Positions 34,601 to 42,262 of a stretch of 51,922 bases of DNA are shown here, piece by piece. The number at the start of each line of letters is the position of its first letter. Position 1 is the stretch's first letter. The notes beneath the pieces are model-generated. The model searched no databases, was not told the origin of the DNA, and worked only from the letters and a program-made list of their open reading frames with translations. This DNA comes from an uncultured Actinomycetota bacterium (GTDB lineage Bacteria > Actinomycetota > Humimicrobiia > Humimicrobiales > Humimicrobiaceae): assembly GCA_964481885.1 (NCBI GenBank), contig CAYZUS010000010.1:20426-72347 (forward strand). Reading direction: 5' to 3'. The position numbers and the translations under genes were made by a program.

Positions 34601-34848
34601 TGATAGACAAATACATAAAGGGTGAAGAACTTACAAGGAAATACAGCGTTACAAAGCCTGCTGCTGATGTTGCCATTATTGAAATGACTGAAGAGGAAAT
34701 CGAGAGTCTTGAAAGATTTGACGTACCAATGCTTGAAATGGCACAAAGAAAAGGCAATTTTATTGAAACAGAACTAGGGTTTTCCATGCACCAGGCTGTA
34801 TGTGAAGCAAAGCACTGCTTAAGGTGCGATAAGGAGGAAAAAGAATAA
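31699..34848 (+). CDS. Fusion protein: thioredoxin-like [2Fe-2S] domain + NuoF/HydB-like flavin/NADH module + GltD/NfnB-like FAD/NADPH oxidoreductase module
   Basis: The NuoF part has 'GLRGRGGGGFPTGLKW', 'CNADEGDPGAF' and 'ESCGKCTPCREG'. The GltD part has 'NPLPIICGRVCHHPCESKCRR', 'VAIIGSGPSGLTCAYYLA' and 'AAVIGGGNAAIDAVRT'. Confidence 0.9.
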   Translation: MATAIENLKSIKQNAIQDLIEKGLLSATRIYVGMSTCEIAAGSKDVWDTFQKEIADNSIKDVQLKQKGCAGRCNLEPTVEVLQAGKVPFKYINVNSEKAKEIIKKHLLENSAQSAERSVNLKTDPFVLTDRSKFVFGDVDFFSKQKRITLRNCGIIDPESIDDYLSVRGYESLAKVLTDYTPGQVVEEITKSGLRGRGGGGFPTGLKWKLVAKEEEKEKYVICNADEGDPGAFMDRSALEGDPHIVIEGMVIAGYAVGAKKGFVYIRAEYPLAIERLRIAIKDAEKNGFLGKNILGTDFSFDIELVLGAGAFVCGEETALIHSIEGGRGVPTTKPPYPAVSGLWNKPTLINNVETFANIGVIILDGYENFALIGTEESKGTKVFALSGKVNNTGLIEVPMGITLREIVYDIGGGIKDNKKFKALLTGGPSGGCIPEEFLDSKVDYDSLKALGSIMGSGGMIVLDEDDCMIDIARYFLEFTQNESCGKCTPCREGTKRMLEILTRITSGKGEEIDIENLMRLANLIKKTALCGLGQSAPNPVLTTMKYFKNEYDEHVKLKKCTAAVCKGIISSPCQHSCFIGGSGIPSYIGLIAQEKFDKAVKILYSENPLPIICGRVCHHPCESKCRRGKIDKPIAIREIKRFLTDYAMENKMDGMPVPGTVKEGKVAIIGSGPSGLTCAYYLALEGYKVTIFEKLPVAGGMLAVAIPEYRLPKALLQYEINNILSLGVELKLNTEIGKDISFSDLKKEFKAIFIAAGAHKGLKLSIPGEDLPGVMDAVDLLRDINLGKKVNIGERAAVIGGGNAAIDAVRTLSRLGVKASLLYRRTKNEMPAWQEEVDEAINEGIDIQYLVAPVRAIAENGRIKKLECIRMELGDIDKSGRRRPVPKQGSEFIIEIDTLVPAISQEPDIEFISNEKNGIKLSKWKTIEVNEETYYTGADGIFAGGDVVLGPKTVTEAMSHGKVAALMIDKYIKGEELTRKYSVTKPAADVAIIEMTEEEIESLERFDVPMLEMAQRKGNFIETELGFSMHQAVCEAKHCLRCDKEEKE

Positions 34849-36608
34849 TGAGCGACACTATAAAAATTAATGTAAATAACAAGGATTACGATGTTGAATC
34901 CGGCCAGACAATTATGCAGGCCCTTGACAAAATAGGCTTTCACCTTCCAAGGCTGTGTTATCATCCAAAGCTTTCAGTTGAAGGCGCATGCAGGATATGT
35001 ATTGTAGAGGTAGAAGGCGCTGCAAATTATGTTACAAGCTGCACTTCAAAAGTTGTTGAAGGAATGAAGGTAAAGACAAATACTGCAGATTTAAGAAAAG
35101 CAAGAAGAGATTTGCTGGAGCTGATTTTGGATAACCATCCGATTGACTGCAATACCTGTGAAAGGGACAGCAACTGTGAACTTCAGGGACTTTCCAGGTC
35201 AATTGGCATTAAAAAGAGGCATTTTACCGGTGAAAAGAAGCTTTATGATATAGATCTTTCATCGCCGTCAGTTACAAGGGACCCCAATAAATGCATCCTT
35301 TGCGGAAGATGTGTAAGGCTTTGTGCAGAGATTCAGGGTGTCAATGCAATAAACTTTGCCGGCAGGGGATTTAACAGTGTGGTTATGACCGCATACAACA
35401 ATCCCATAAGCAGCTCGGTCTGCATAAATTGCGGCCAGTGCATAAATGTATGCCCAACTGCTGCTCTTTCTGAAAAATACTATACTGTAGAGCTTTTCAG
35501 GGAGTTGTCCAGCGATAAAAAACTGAAAATAGTACAGGTTGCGCCTGCTGTAAGGGCAGCAATAGGGGAAGCGTTTGGATTTCCTGCAGGAACCAATTTT
35601 GAAAAACAGACGGTAGCTGCACTCAGAAAACTCGGTTTTGACCTTGTATTTGATACACAGTTTTCTGCCGATCTGACTATTATGGAAGAAGGCTATGAAT
35701 TTCTGGAAAGATATACCACAGGAAAAAATCTTCCAATGATTACATCATGTTCGCCGGCCTGGATAAAGTATGCTGAGCAGTTCCATCCTGATATACTGCC
35801 GAATATATCAACCTGCAAGTCTCCGATGAGCATGCAGAGCTCCGTGCTAAAGACTTATTATGCACAGAAGAGGGGCATTGACCCAAAAGATATATTAAGC
35901 GTTGCCATAATGCCATGCACAGCAAAGAAATATGAGGCCGAAAGAGAAGAACTCAGCCTTGACGGCGTAAAGCTTACAGACATAGTAGTGACGACAAGAG
36001 AAATCGCATGGATGATAAAATCAGCTGGAATTGATTTGTCAAAAACTGAAGGTGAAGAATTTGATAATCTTTTCGGGTTCTCAAGCGGCGCCGCCACCAT
36101 TTTCGGTGTAACAGGCGGAGTAATGGAAGCAGCCCTAAGAACAGCTTATGAAGTATATATGGGTGAGTCAATCATTGATATAGAGTTTTCAGATCTGCGT
36201 GGTTTCAAGGGAATAAAGGAAGCAAAAGTCATGCTGGGAGATAAAGAAGTCAGGGTGGCAGTTGCGCATGGCCTTGGAAATGCAAATACAGTAATTGATA
36301 TGATAAAAGAAGATCCGAACAGGTTTCATTTTATTGAGATAATGTCTTGTCCCGGAGGATGTATTAACGGCGGAGGGCAGCCCTATGCCGGTTCAGAATA
36401 CGTTGCTTTGGACGAAGAATTTCTCAAGAAAAGGGCAAGTGTTTTATATTCGCTGGACAGGGCCAAAACTATAAGAAGAAGCCACGAAAATCCTGAGGTT
36501 CAGAGAATATACAAGGAATTTTTCGAAAGACCTTTGGGTCCAAAATCGCATAAAATCCTGCATACACATTATAAGCAGAAATATCCGACCGGTGTGTACA
36601 AGAAATAA
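34848..36608 (+). CDS. hydA: [FeFe]-hydrogenase catalytic subunit HydA (M3-type domain set)
   Basis: Has an N-terminal 2Fe-2S domain, an 'HPIDCNTCERDSNCELQ' cluster and 2x CxxCxxCxxxCP. H-cluster motifs are L1 'TSCSPAW' (atypical), L2 'MPCTAKKYE' and L3 'EIMSCPGGCINGGGQP'. The ATG overlaps the upstream stop (TAATG), with an AAGGAGG RBS. Confidence 0.95.
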   Translation: MSDTIKINVNNKDYDVESGQTIMQALDKIGFHLPRLCYHPKLSVEGACRICIVEVEGAANYVTSCTSKVVEGMKVKTNTADLRKARRDLLELILDNHPIDCNTCERDSNCELQGLSRSIGIKKRHFTGEKKLYDIDLSSPSVTRDPNKCILCGRCVRLCAEIQGVNAINFAGRGFNSVVMTAYNNPISSSVCINCGQCINVCPTAALSEKYYTVELFRELSSDKKLKIVQVAPAVRAAIGEAFGFPAGTNFEKQTVAALRKLGFDLVFDTQFSADLTIMEEGYEFLERYTTGKNLPMITSCSPAWIKYAEQFHPDILPNISTCKSPMSMQSSVLKTYYAQKRGIDPKDILSVAIMPCTAKKYEAEREELSLDGVKLTDIVVTTREIAWMIKSAGIDLSKTEGEEFDNLFGFSSGAATIFGVTGGVMEAALRTAYEVYMGESIIDIEFSDLRGFKGIKEAKVMLGDKEVRVAVAHGLGNANTVIDMIKEDPNRFHFIEIMSCPGGCINGGGQPYAGSEYVALDEEFLKKRASVLYSLDRAKTIRRSHENPEVQRIYKEFFERPLGPKSHKILHTHYKQKYPTGVYKK

Positions 36609-36812
36609 CCTGTTTTGCCAGAATTCGTTTTACTGACAGACAATATTGCCTGCCGGTTTGTCCGGAGATTAAATTAGAGGTTTGTCAGTAAGTTTGTTTG
36701 AAACAGCCTAAAAAAGATTGTGCACATGAGGTGGTTTTAGCTAAAGCGGGTGCAAAAGTTTTGTTGGAATTATTTTTAATTAAGTGAAAATTGTTAAGAT
36801 AAGAGGTAAGAA

Positions 36813-37349
36813 ATGGAAAATGTTATACAAATAAGTGAAACTGACAGCAGTAAGAAATCAGAGCTTGTAAGTTTTATTTCTGAAAAGCATGAAAAGGGTT
36901 ATTATAACGCAGCACTGATGTCTATTCTTCATAAAGCGCAGGAAATTTACGGTTATATAAATGAGGAAGCCATAGATACGATAAGTACTGAGATGGAAAT
37001 ACCTTCTGCGCGTATCTGGGGGATAGTGACTTTTTATCACTACTTTACATTGATTCCAAGAGGGAAATATATAATATCTGTTTGTCTTGGAACTGCATGC
37101 TATGTCAAAGGTTCAAAGCGTGTTCTAAACAAACTTAAAGAAATACTTGGTACCGAGCTTAACGAAACAACTTCGGATGGATTGTTTACAATTGAGGCAA
37201 AATACTGTCTTGGATGCTGTGGGTTGGCGCCGGTAATGATGATAAATGGCAAAGTATATGAAAAACTGACAACAAAGAAAATAGCGGCAGTTATACAGGA
37301 ATTAAGGGCTGAAAACAGTTTGGACCTGGCCGCTGCTGCAGCAAATTAA
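36813..37349 (+). CDS. NuoE/HydC-like thioredoxin-fold [2Fe-2S] subunit
   Basis: 'CLGTACYVKG' ... 'CLGCCGLAPVMMING'. 178 aa. Confidence 0.9.
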   Translation: MENVIQISETDSSKKSELVSFISEKHEKGYYNAALMSILHKAQEIYGYINEEAIDTISTEMEIPSARIWGIVTFYHYFTLIPRGKYIISVCLGTACYVKGSKRVLNKLKEILGTELNETTSDGLFTIEAKYCLGCCGLAPVMMINGKVYEKLTTKKIAAVIQELRAENSLDLAAAAAN

Positions 37350-37508
37350 TAAAAATTTCTTGAAGCGAATACTGTTTTGATAGAAATTTACAATTATATT
37401 TGTAGAAATTGTTACATTCTTTATTAATAATTTTGCAGTTTTTGTTTGTTTAAATTTAAATAATTTAGTATCTTAATAAAAGTTTAATTTTACAGGAGGT
37501 ATATCCAA

Positions 37509-37895
37509 ATGAGTGGAAAAAAAATTCTTATTATTGACGATGATCCGGATTTTGTAGATTCGATAAGAGCGGTGCTTGAAGCAAGAGATTATAAAGTTGA
37601 ATCTGCTCCTGATGGAACAGAAGGTTTTAAAAAAGCAAAGGAAATAATTCCTAACCTTATAATTCTTGACGTAATGATGACAAAAAATACTGAAGGTTTT
37701 GAGGTAAGCAGGGAATTTCAAAAAGACCCTGATTTAAAATCAGTTCCAATAATAATGATTACAGGCATCAGGGAACAGATGAACCTGGCTTTTGGTTTTG
37801 AGCCCGATGGCACATGGCTCCCGGTCAAGGCTGTTCTTGAAAAAACAATAAAACCCGATCAGCTTTTGGCAAAGGTTGCAGAGTTCATTAATTAG
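37509..37895 (+). CDS. Stand-alone response-regulator receiver protein
   Basis: 'ILIIDDD', 'ILDVMM', 'IMITG', 'IKPDQL'. AGGAGG RBS. Confidence 0.9.
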   Translation: MSGKKILIIDDDPDFVDSIRAVLEARDYKVESAPDGTEGFKKAKEIIPNLIILDVMMTKNTEGFEVSREFQKDPDLKSVPIIMITGIREQMNLAFGFEPDGTWLPVKAVLEKTIKPDQLLAKVAEFIN

Positions 37896-38021
37896 TAACA
37901 AGTTATTGATAAAAAATCAGAGTTCTCTAAAAGATACTGACAGGTTCAATGATTTTGTTGAATGGATTTATAATTGAAGTATATCTCTAACAAAGTATTT
38001 ATAATTTAAGAAGGGAGTCCA

Positions 38022-39050
38022 ATGCTTTATAAAGTTCTGGACAAGAATAATTACAGGGATTTCTTATCCGGCCTTATTAAGAGTTACAATGTTACGGGGC
38101 CAAAGAAAATAAATAATTTCCTTCACGATTTTGTACCGATTAAAAATGTTGAAGAAATCGATACGGGATACTTAAAAACAACACTTCCTCCAGCCAAAAA
38201 AATATTGTTTCCATCCAAAGAAGGGCTTGTCAGCTATACCACAGATACTATCAAAACAGAATCTCTAAATAACAGCGAAGAACTGATACTTTTTGGTATA
38301 AATGCCTGGGATTTAAACGGGATGAATTTTCTTGACAAAATATTTACCACAGATTTCATAGATGACAATTATGTGGAAAAAAGAAACAAATTAATTGTTA
38401 TCGGAATGGATACCACACCTTCTGAAACTAATTTTGCCGTAGAAATGGGTGCTTCTTATGCAAAATCCGGCTTTGATCTTTTCATGACAGATATCGGAAG
38501 CAAATACTTTATCAGGGTCGCCACACCAAAAGGGACAGAGCTTTTGTTAAAATACGCAAAAGTAAGTGAAGCTCTTACTGCAGATTTCAATGCCTACGAT
38601 AAGTTTACAGAGGAATATGCCGGCAAGTTTAAAGTTTCTGCTGATCTAGGTAATTTCCATGAAAATTTCGAAGTAACATATAGTAAAAATGATCTCTGGG
38701 AAGGTCTTTCAAAAAACTGTTTTTCCTGTGGTTCATGCAACCTTGTATGCCCAACCTGTTTTTGTTTTAACGTTAAAGATGATATGAAAATAGATTTAAA
38801 GACAGGCATCAAATCGCGTGAATGGGACTCCTGCATGATTCCCGATTACGGACTTGTTGCAGGCGGCCATAATTTCAGGCCCACAAAAGCGAACAGGCTG
38901 AAACAGCGCTACAGGTGCAAGCTTAAAACATTCGTTGATAAATTTGGCAGTTATTCCTGCGTCGGATGTGGAAGATGTGCTGAAGCCTGCCTTGCCAAAA
39001 TAAATATTTGTGAAGATATTAATGCAATAAAGAAAGAGGTGAGTTTGTAA
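38022..39050 (+). CDS. Group-3b-type [NiFe]-hydrogenase Fe-S subunit (sulfhydrogenase beta / AsrA-like)
   Basis: 'CFSCGSCNLVCPTCFCF' and 'CVGCGRCAEAC'. First gene of a tightly packed four-gene operon. Confidence 0.8.
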   Translation: MLYKVLDKNNYRDFLSGLIKSYNVTGPKKINNFLHDFVPIKNVEEIDTGYLKTTLPPAKKILFPSKEGLVSYTTDTIKTESLNNSEELILFGINAWDLNGMNFLDKIFTTDFIDDNYVEKRNKLIVIGMDTTPSETNFAVEMGASYAKSGFDLFMTDIGSKYFIRVATPKGTELLLKYAKVSEALTADFNAYDKFTEEYAGKFKVSADLGNFHENFEVTYSKNDLWEGLSKNCFSCGSCNLVCPTCFCFNVKDDMKIDLKTGIKSREWDSCMIPDYGLVAGGHNFRPTKANRLKQRYRCKLKTFVDKFGSYSCVGCGRCAEACLAKINICEDINAIKKEVSL

Positions 39051-39052
39051 AA

Positions 39053-39913
39053 ATGGTACAGCAAATGGCAGAAAAAACAAAAGACAAGCCTTTATATGTT
39101 CCCTACATAGCCACTATTACAGAAACTGAAAATCTCACCCCTACCGAAAAAAAATTTGTCATCCAGTTTGATGATAAAGAAAAAAGAGAAAGTTTTACTT
39201 TTTTACCCGGACAATTTTTGGAGGTCACAGTTTTTGGAATCGGTGAGGCTCCATTTTCCATTCCTTCATCGCCAAACCAGAAGGGTTCTTTTGAATTATG
39301 CGTAAGAAACATTGGAAGTGTCTCTGGTGCAATGCACAAAATGCAGGTCGGAGCCAAAATAGGGATAAGGGGACCATTTGGAAAAGGCTATTTCCCATAT
39401 GAGAAAATGAAGGGAAATAATGTTGTTATAATTGCAGGAGGACTAGGGCTGGCTCCGGTAAGATCACTTATTAAGCTTATTCTTGAGGATAGAAAAAGCT
39501 ATAAGGGCGTAACACTGATATATGGTTGTGTTGAACCAAATCTTTTACTCTACAAAGATGAAGTGGCAGAATATCAAAAAAGAGATGACATCGACGTCCT
39601 TCTGACAGTTGACAGGCCTGATGAGAGCTGGAAGGAATCGGTTGGCGTATGCACAAACCTCATTCCGGGACTTAAGTATCTTCCTGAAGAGACTTATGCA
39701 GTTGTGTGCGGTCCGCCGATAATGTATAGATTTGTAATGATCGAACTTGAGGAAAAGAAATATAAACCGGAAAATATTTTTCTTGATATGGAAAGAAGAA
39801 TGGAATGCGGAGTCGGCAAATGCAACCACTGCCATATTGGTGATAAATTATGCTGTGTTGATGGCCCGATATTCAGTTTATGGGAAATAAAGAATTTAAA
39901 GGAGGCATTATAA
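39053..39913 (+). CDS. Group-3b-type [NiFe]-hydrogenase FAD/NAD(P)-binding subunit (sulfhydrogenase gamma / AsrB-like)
   Basis: FNR-like fold ('PGQFLEV', 'GPFG', 'IAGGLGLAP') with a C-terminal 'CGVGKCNHCHIGDKLCCVDGP' 2Fe-2S motif. Confidence 0.85.
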   Translation: MVQQMAEKTKDKPLYVPYIATITETENLTPTEKKFVIQFDDKEKRESFTFLPGQFLEVTVFGIGEAPFSIPSSPNQKGSFELCVRNIGSVSGAMHKMQVGAKIGIRGPFGKGYFPYEKMKGNNVVIIAGGLGLAPVRSLIKLILEDRKSYKGVTLIYGCVEPNLLLYKDEVAEYQKRDDIDVLLTVDRPDESWKESVGVCTNLIPGLKYLPEETYAVVCGPPIMYRFVMIELEEKKYKPENIFLDMERRMECGVGKCNHCHIGDKLCCVDGPIFSLWEIKNLKEAL

Positions 39914-40663
39914 ATGAGTAAGCCAAAAGTTGGAGTATTTGGTCTGACAGGCTGTGGCGGATGCCAGCTTGAAATACTAAATCTTGAAGATCAGCTGATT
40001 GATTTTATTAGTGCCGTAGATATTGTACATTTTACCGAAGCAATTTCCGAGCATAGCGATACATATGATATTGCCCTGATTGAAGGCTCTGTTTCAACAA
40101 TGCATGATGTCGAGAGGCTCGAGCACATCGGTAAAATCGCAAAAATTATTATTGCTGTTGGTGCTTGTGCATGCACAGGCGGCCTGAATTGTCTTAAAAA
40201 CTTATATGGCACTGAAAAGGCCAAAGAGCTTGTATATGGTGATAAAAAAGGATGGATAGATGCCATAGATACAAAACCAATAAGTGAATATGTAAAAGTT
40301 GATTATCAGGCAAGGGGATGCCCTCCTACAAGATCTGAAATTGTAGATATAGTCAGTGCCCTGATAGTTGGTAAAGTTCCTGAGATACCAACATATCCTG
40401 TTTGCGTTGAGTGTAAAAGGCTTGGTAATACATGCCTTTATGAATTTGGAATCAGTTGTCTTGGGCCTGTTGCAAGAGCCGGATGCGACGCAAGGTGCCC
40501 AAGCGCAAAATCAGGCTGTGAAGCTTGCCGGGGATCTGTTGATAATCCGAACGTAAATGCTCAGAAAGAATTGCTTACCCAATACGGGCTTACAGTTGAG
40601 GATATTATGGAGGGTTTCAATCTTTATAATGCCTGTGTAAAAATAGAACAAAAATCTAAATAA
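39914..40663 (+). CDS. [NiFe]-hydrogenase small (delta) subunit, cytoplasmic group 3 type
   Basis: 'GLTGCGGCQLE', 'GACACTGG', 'GCPP' and distal Cys clusters. No Tat signal. Confidence 0.9.
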   Translation: MSKPKVGVFGLTGCGGCQLEILNLEDQLIDFISAVDIVHFTEAISEHSDTYDIALIEGSVSTMHDVERLEHIGKIAKIIIAVGACACTGGLNCLKNLYGTEKAKELVYGDKKGWIDAIDTKPISEYVKVDYQARGCPPTRSEIVDIVSALIVGKVPEIPTYPVCVECKRLGNTCLYEFGISCLGPVARAGCDARCPSAKSGCEACRGSVDNPNVNAQKELLTQYGLTVEDIMEGFNLYNACVKIEQKSK

Positions 40664-40685
40664 TTATTTTTTGGAGGTCAATGAT

Positions 40686-41987
40686 ATGGCGACAAATTTA
40701 AATATAGAAGTAGCTCCTCTGCCAAGGGTAGAGGGCCATGGTGATTTGGTTTTAAATGTAAAGGATAAGAAAATAGAAAAACTCCAGATGAGGATTCCTG
40801 AATCACCAAGGTTTTTTGAAGCGATGCTTGTAGGCAGGAATTATACTGAACCATCACAAATAACATCAAGGATTTGCGGCATATGCTCAGTTGCTCATAC
40901 CTTTACGTCAATTCAGGCAACAGAAGCTGCTCTTGATGTTAAGCTTAATGAACAGATCATCAGGCTGAGAAAACTTGTAAACCACGGAGAATATATTCAG
41001 AGCAACAGCCTTCACGTATTCTTCCTGGCTGCACCGGATTTTCTTGGTATTGGCAGCGTATTGCCTTTGCTTGAAACAAATCCCGCAGTTGTAAATATTG
41101 CCGTAAAAGTAAAAAAGATAGGAAATGAAATAGTCAGGATAATCGGCGGCAGGGCGGTTCACCCAATTACTACTGTAGTTGGAGGTTTTACAAAACTCCC
41201 GGCAGAAGAAGGGCTCCTGAAATTAAGGGAAATGCTTGTTTCGCTTTATCCGGACGTAGTGACTTCTGTCGCTGTTTTAAAGACTTTAAAGATTCCCGAT
41301 TTTGAAAGGGAAACAGAGTATATCTGCCTGAGGAATAATGAGGACTATTCACTTTATGATGGCGATATTGTATCGTCTGATGGGTGGACAATAAAGCCTG
41401 CAGACTACCTCAGCAAAATTAAAGAAAAAGTTGTACAACATTCTACCGGAAAGCATTGCAGCGCTTCACGTGATTCATACATGGTAGGCGCGCTTTCAAG
41501 GGTAAATAACAATTATTCACAGCTATCTGACAATGCAAAGACCTATGCTGAAGAACTTGGCCTGAAAGTGCCATGTTATAATACTTATATGATCAGCATT
41601 GCCCAGTTTGTAGAAATTGTCCATTGCGTTGATGACAGCATAAGGCTTATTGATGAGATTCTTGCAGCCGGGCTTGACGAAGAGAAATTCATGGCTCCAG
41701 TAAAGGTAAAAGCCGGAAGGGGAGTTGGAGCCGTTGAGGCGCCAAGAGGCCTTTTAATACATGACTATACTTACGATGAAAAAGGCAAAGTCACCAAAGC
41801 CAATCTTATAATACCGACAAACATGAACTATGCAAATATTGAACTCGACATGGCTCAGCTGGTACCGGCGATAATGGAGAAAACTGAGGATGAAATAAGA
41901 CTTGCATGTGAGATGATGATTAGGGCATATGATCCCTGTATTTCATGTTCGACTCATCTGCTGAATGTTGAGTTTGTAAATAAATAG
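40686..41987 (+). CDS. [NiFe]-hydrogenase large (alpha) subunit
   Basis: N-terminal 'RICGICSVAH' and C-terminal 'DPCISCSTH' followed by a 9-aa tail for proteolytic maturation. I prefer the ATG at 40686 (GGAGG 8 nt upstream) over the TTG at 40671. Confidence 0.93.
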   Translation: MATNLNIEVAPLPRVEGHGDLVLNVKDKKIEKLQMRIPESPRFFEAMLVGRNYTEPSQITSRICGICSVAHTFTSIQATEAALDVKLNEQIIRLRKLVNHGEYIQSNSLHVFFLAAPDFLGIGSVLPLLETNPAVVNIAVKVKKIGNEIVRIIGGRAVHPITTVVGGFTKLPAEEGLLKLREMLVSLYPDVVTSVAVLKTLKIPDFERETEYICLRNNEDYSLYDGDIVSSDGWTIKPADYLSKIKEKVVQHSTGKHCSASRDSYMVGALSRVNNNYSQLSDNAKTYAEELGLKVPCYNTYMISIAQFVEIVHCVDDSIRLIDEILAAGLDEEKFMAPVKVKAGRGVGAVEAPRGLLIHDYTYDEKGKVTKANLIIPTNMNYANIELDMAQLVPAIMEKTEDEIRLACEMMIRAYDPCISCSTHLLNVEFVNK

Positions 41988-42262
41988 AATAACATTTAGG
42001 GTTAGCGGGCCTTTAATAAAACTGAGCTTCTGACATTAAACGTGTCTGGAAATTGTTTTTTTAGATTTGTTCAGTAATTGTTTGCTTGTATTTTGTATTT
42101 TGAATCAACCATAGTTATTTTATAAAATTTGCTTGAGTTTGGCGTGTTCTGCAGCTGCCAATCAGGATATTCGGATTTTATTGATATTTTAACTGTTTAA
42201 CGGGATTTATGGCCATTGTGTTTTTCAGGAGGCCAGAACCCATCCGTACAGGAGATACTTGA

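Noticed and set aside
33759-34964. 240-aa and 153-aa minus-strand ORFs within the NuoF-GltD fusion and the hydA 5' end
   Set aside because: They are antisense shadows of strongly motif-supported genes, and no independent coding evidence exists.
40686-41987. Selenocysteine-containing [NiFeSe] large subunit
   Set aside because: The C-terminal motif is DPCISCSTH with Cys at both positions, and there is no in-frame TGA in the gene.
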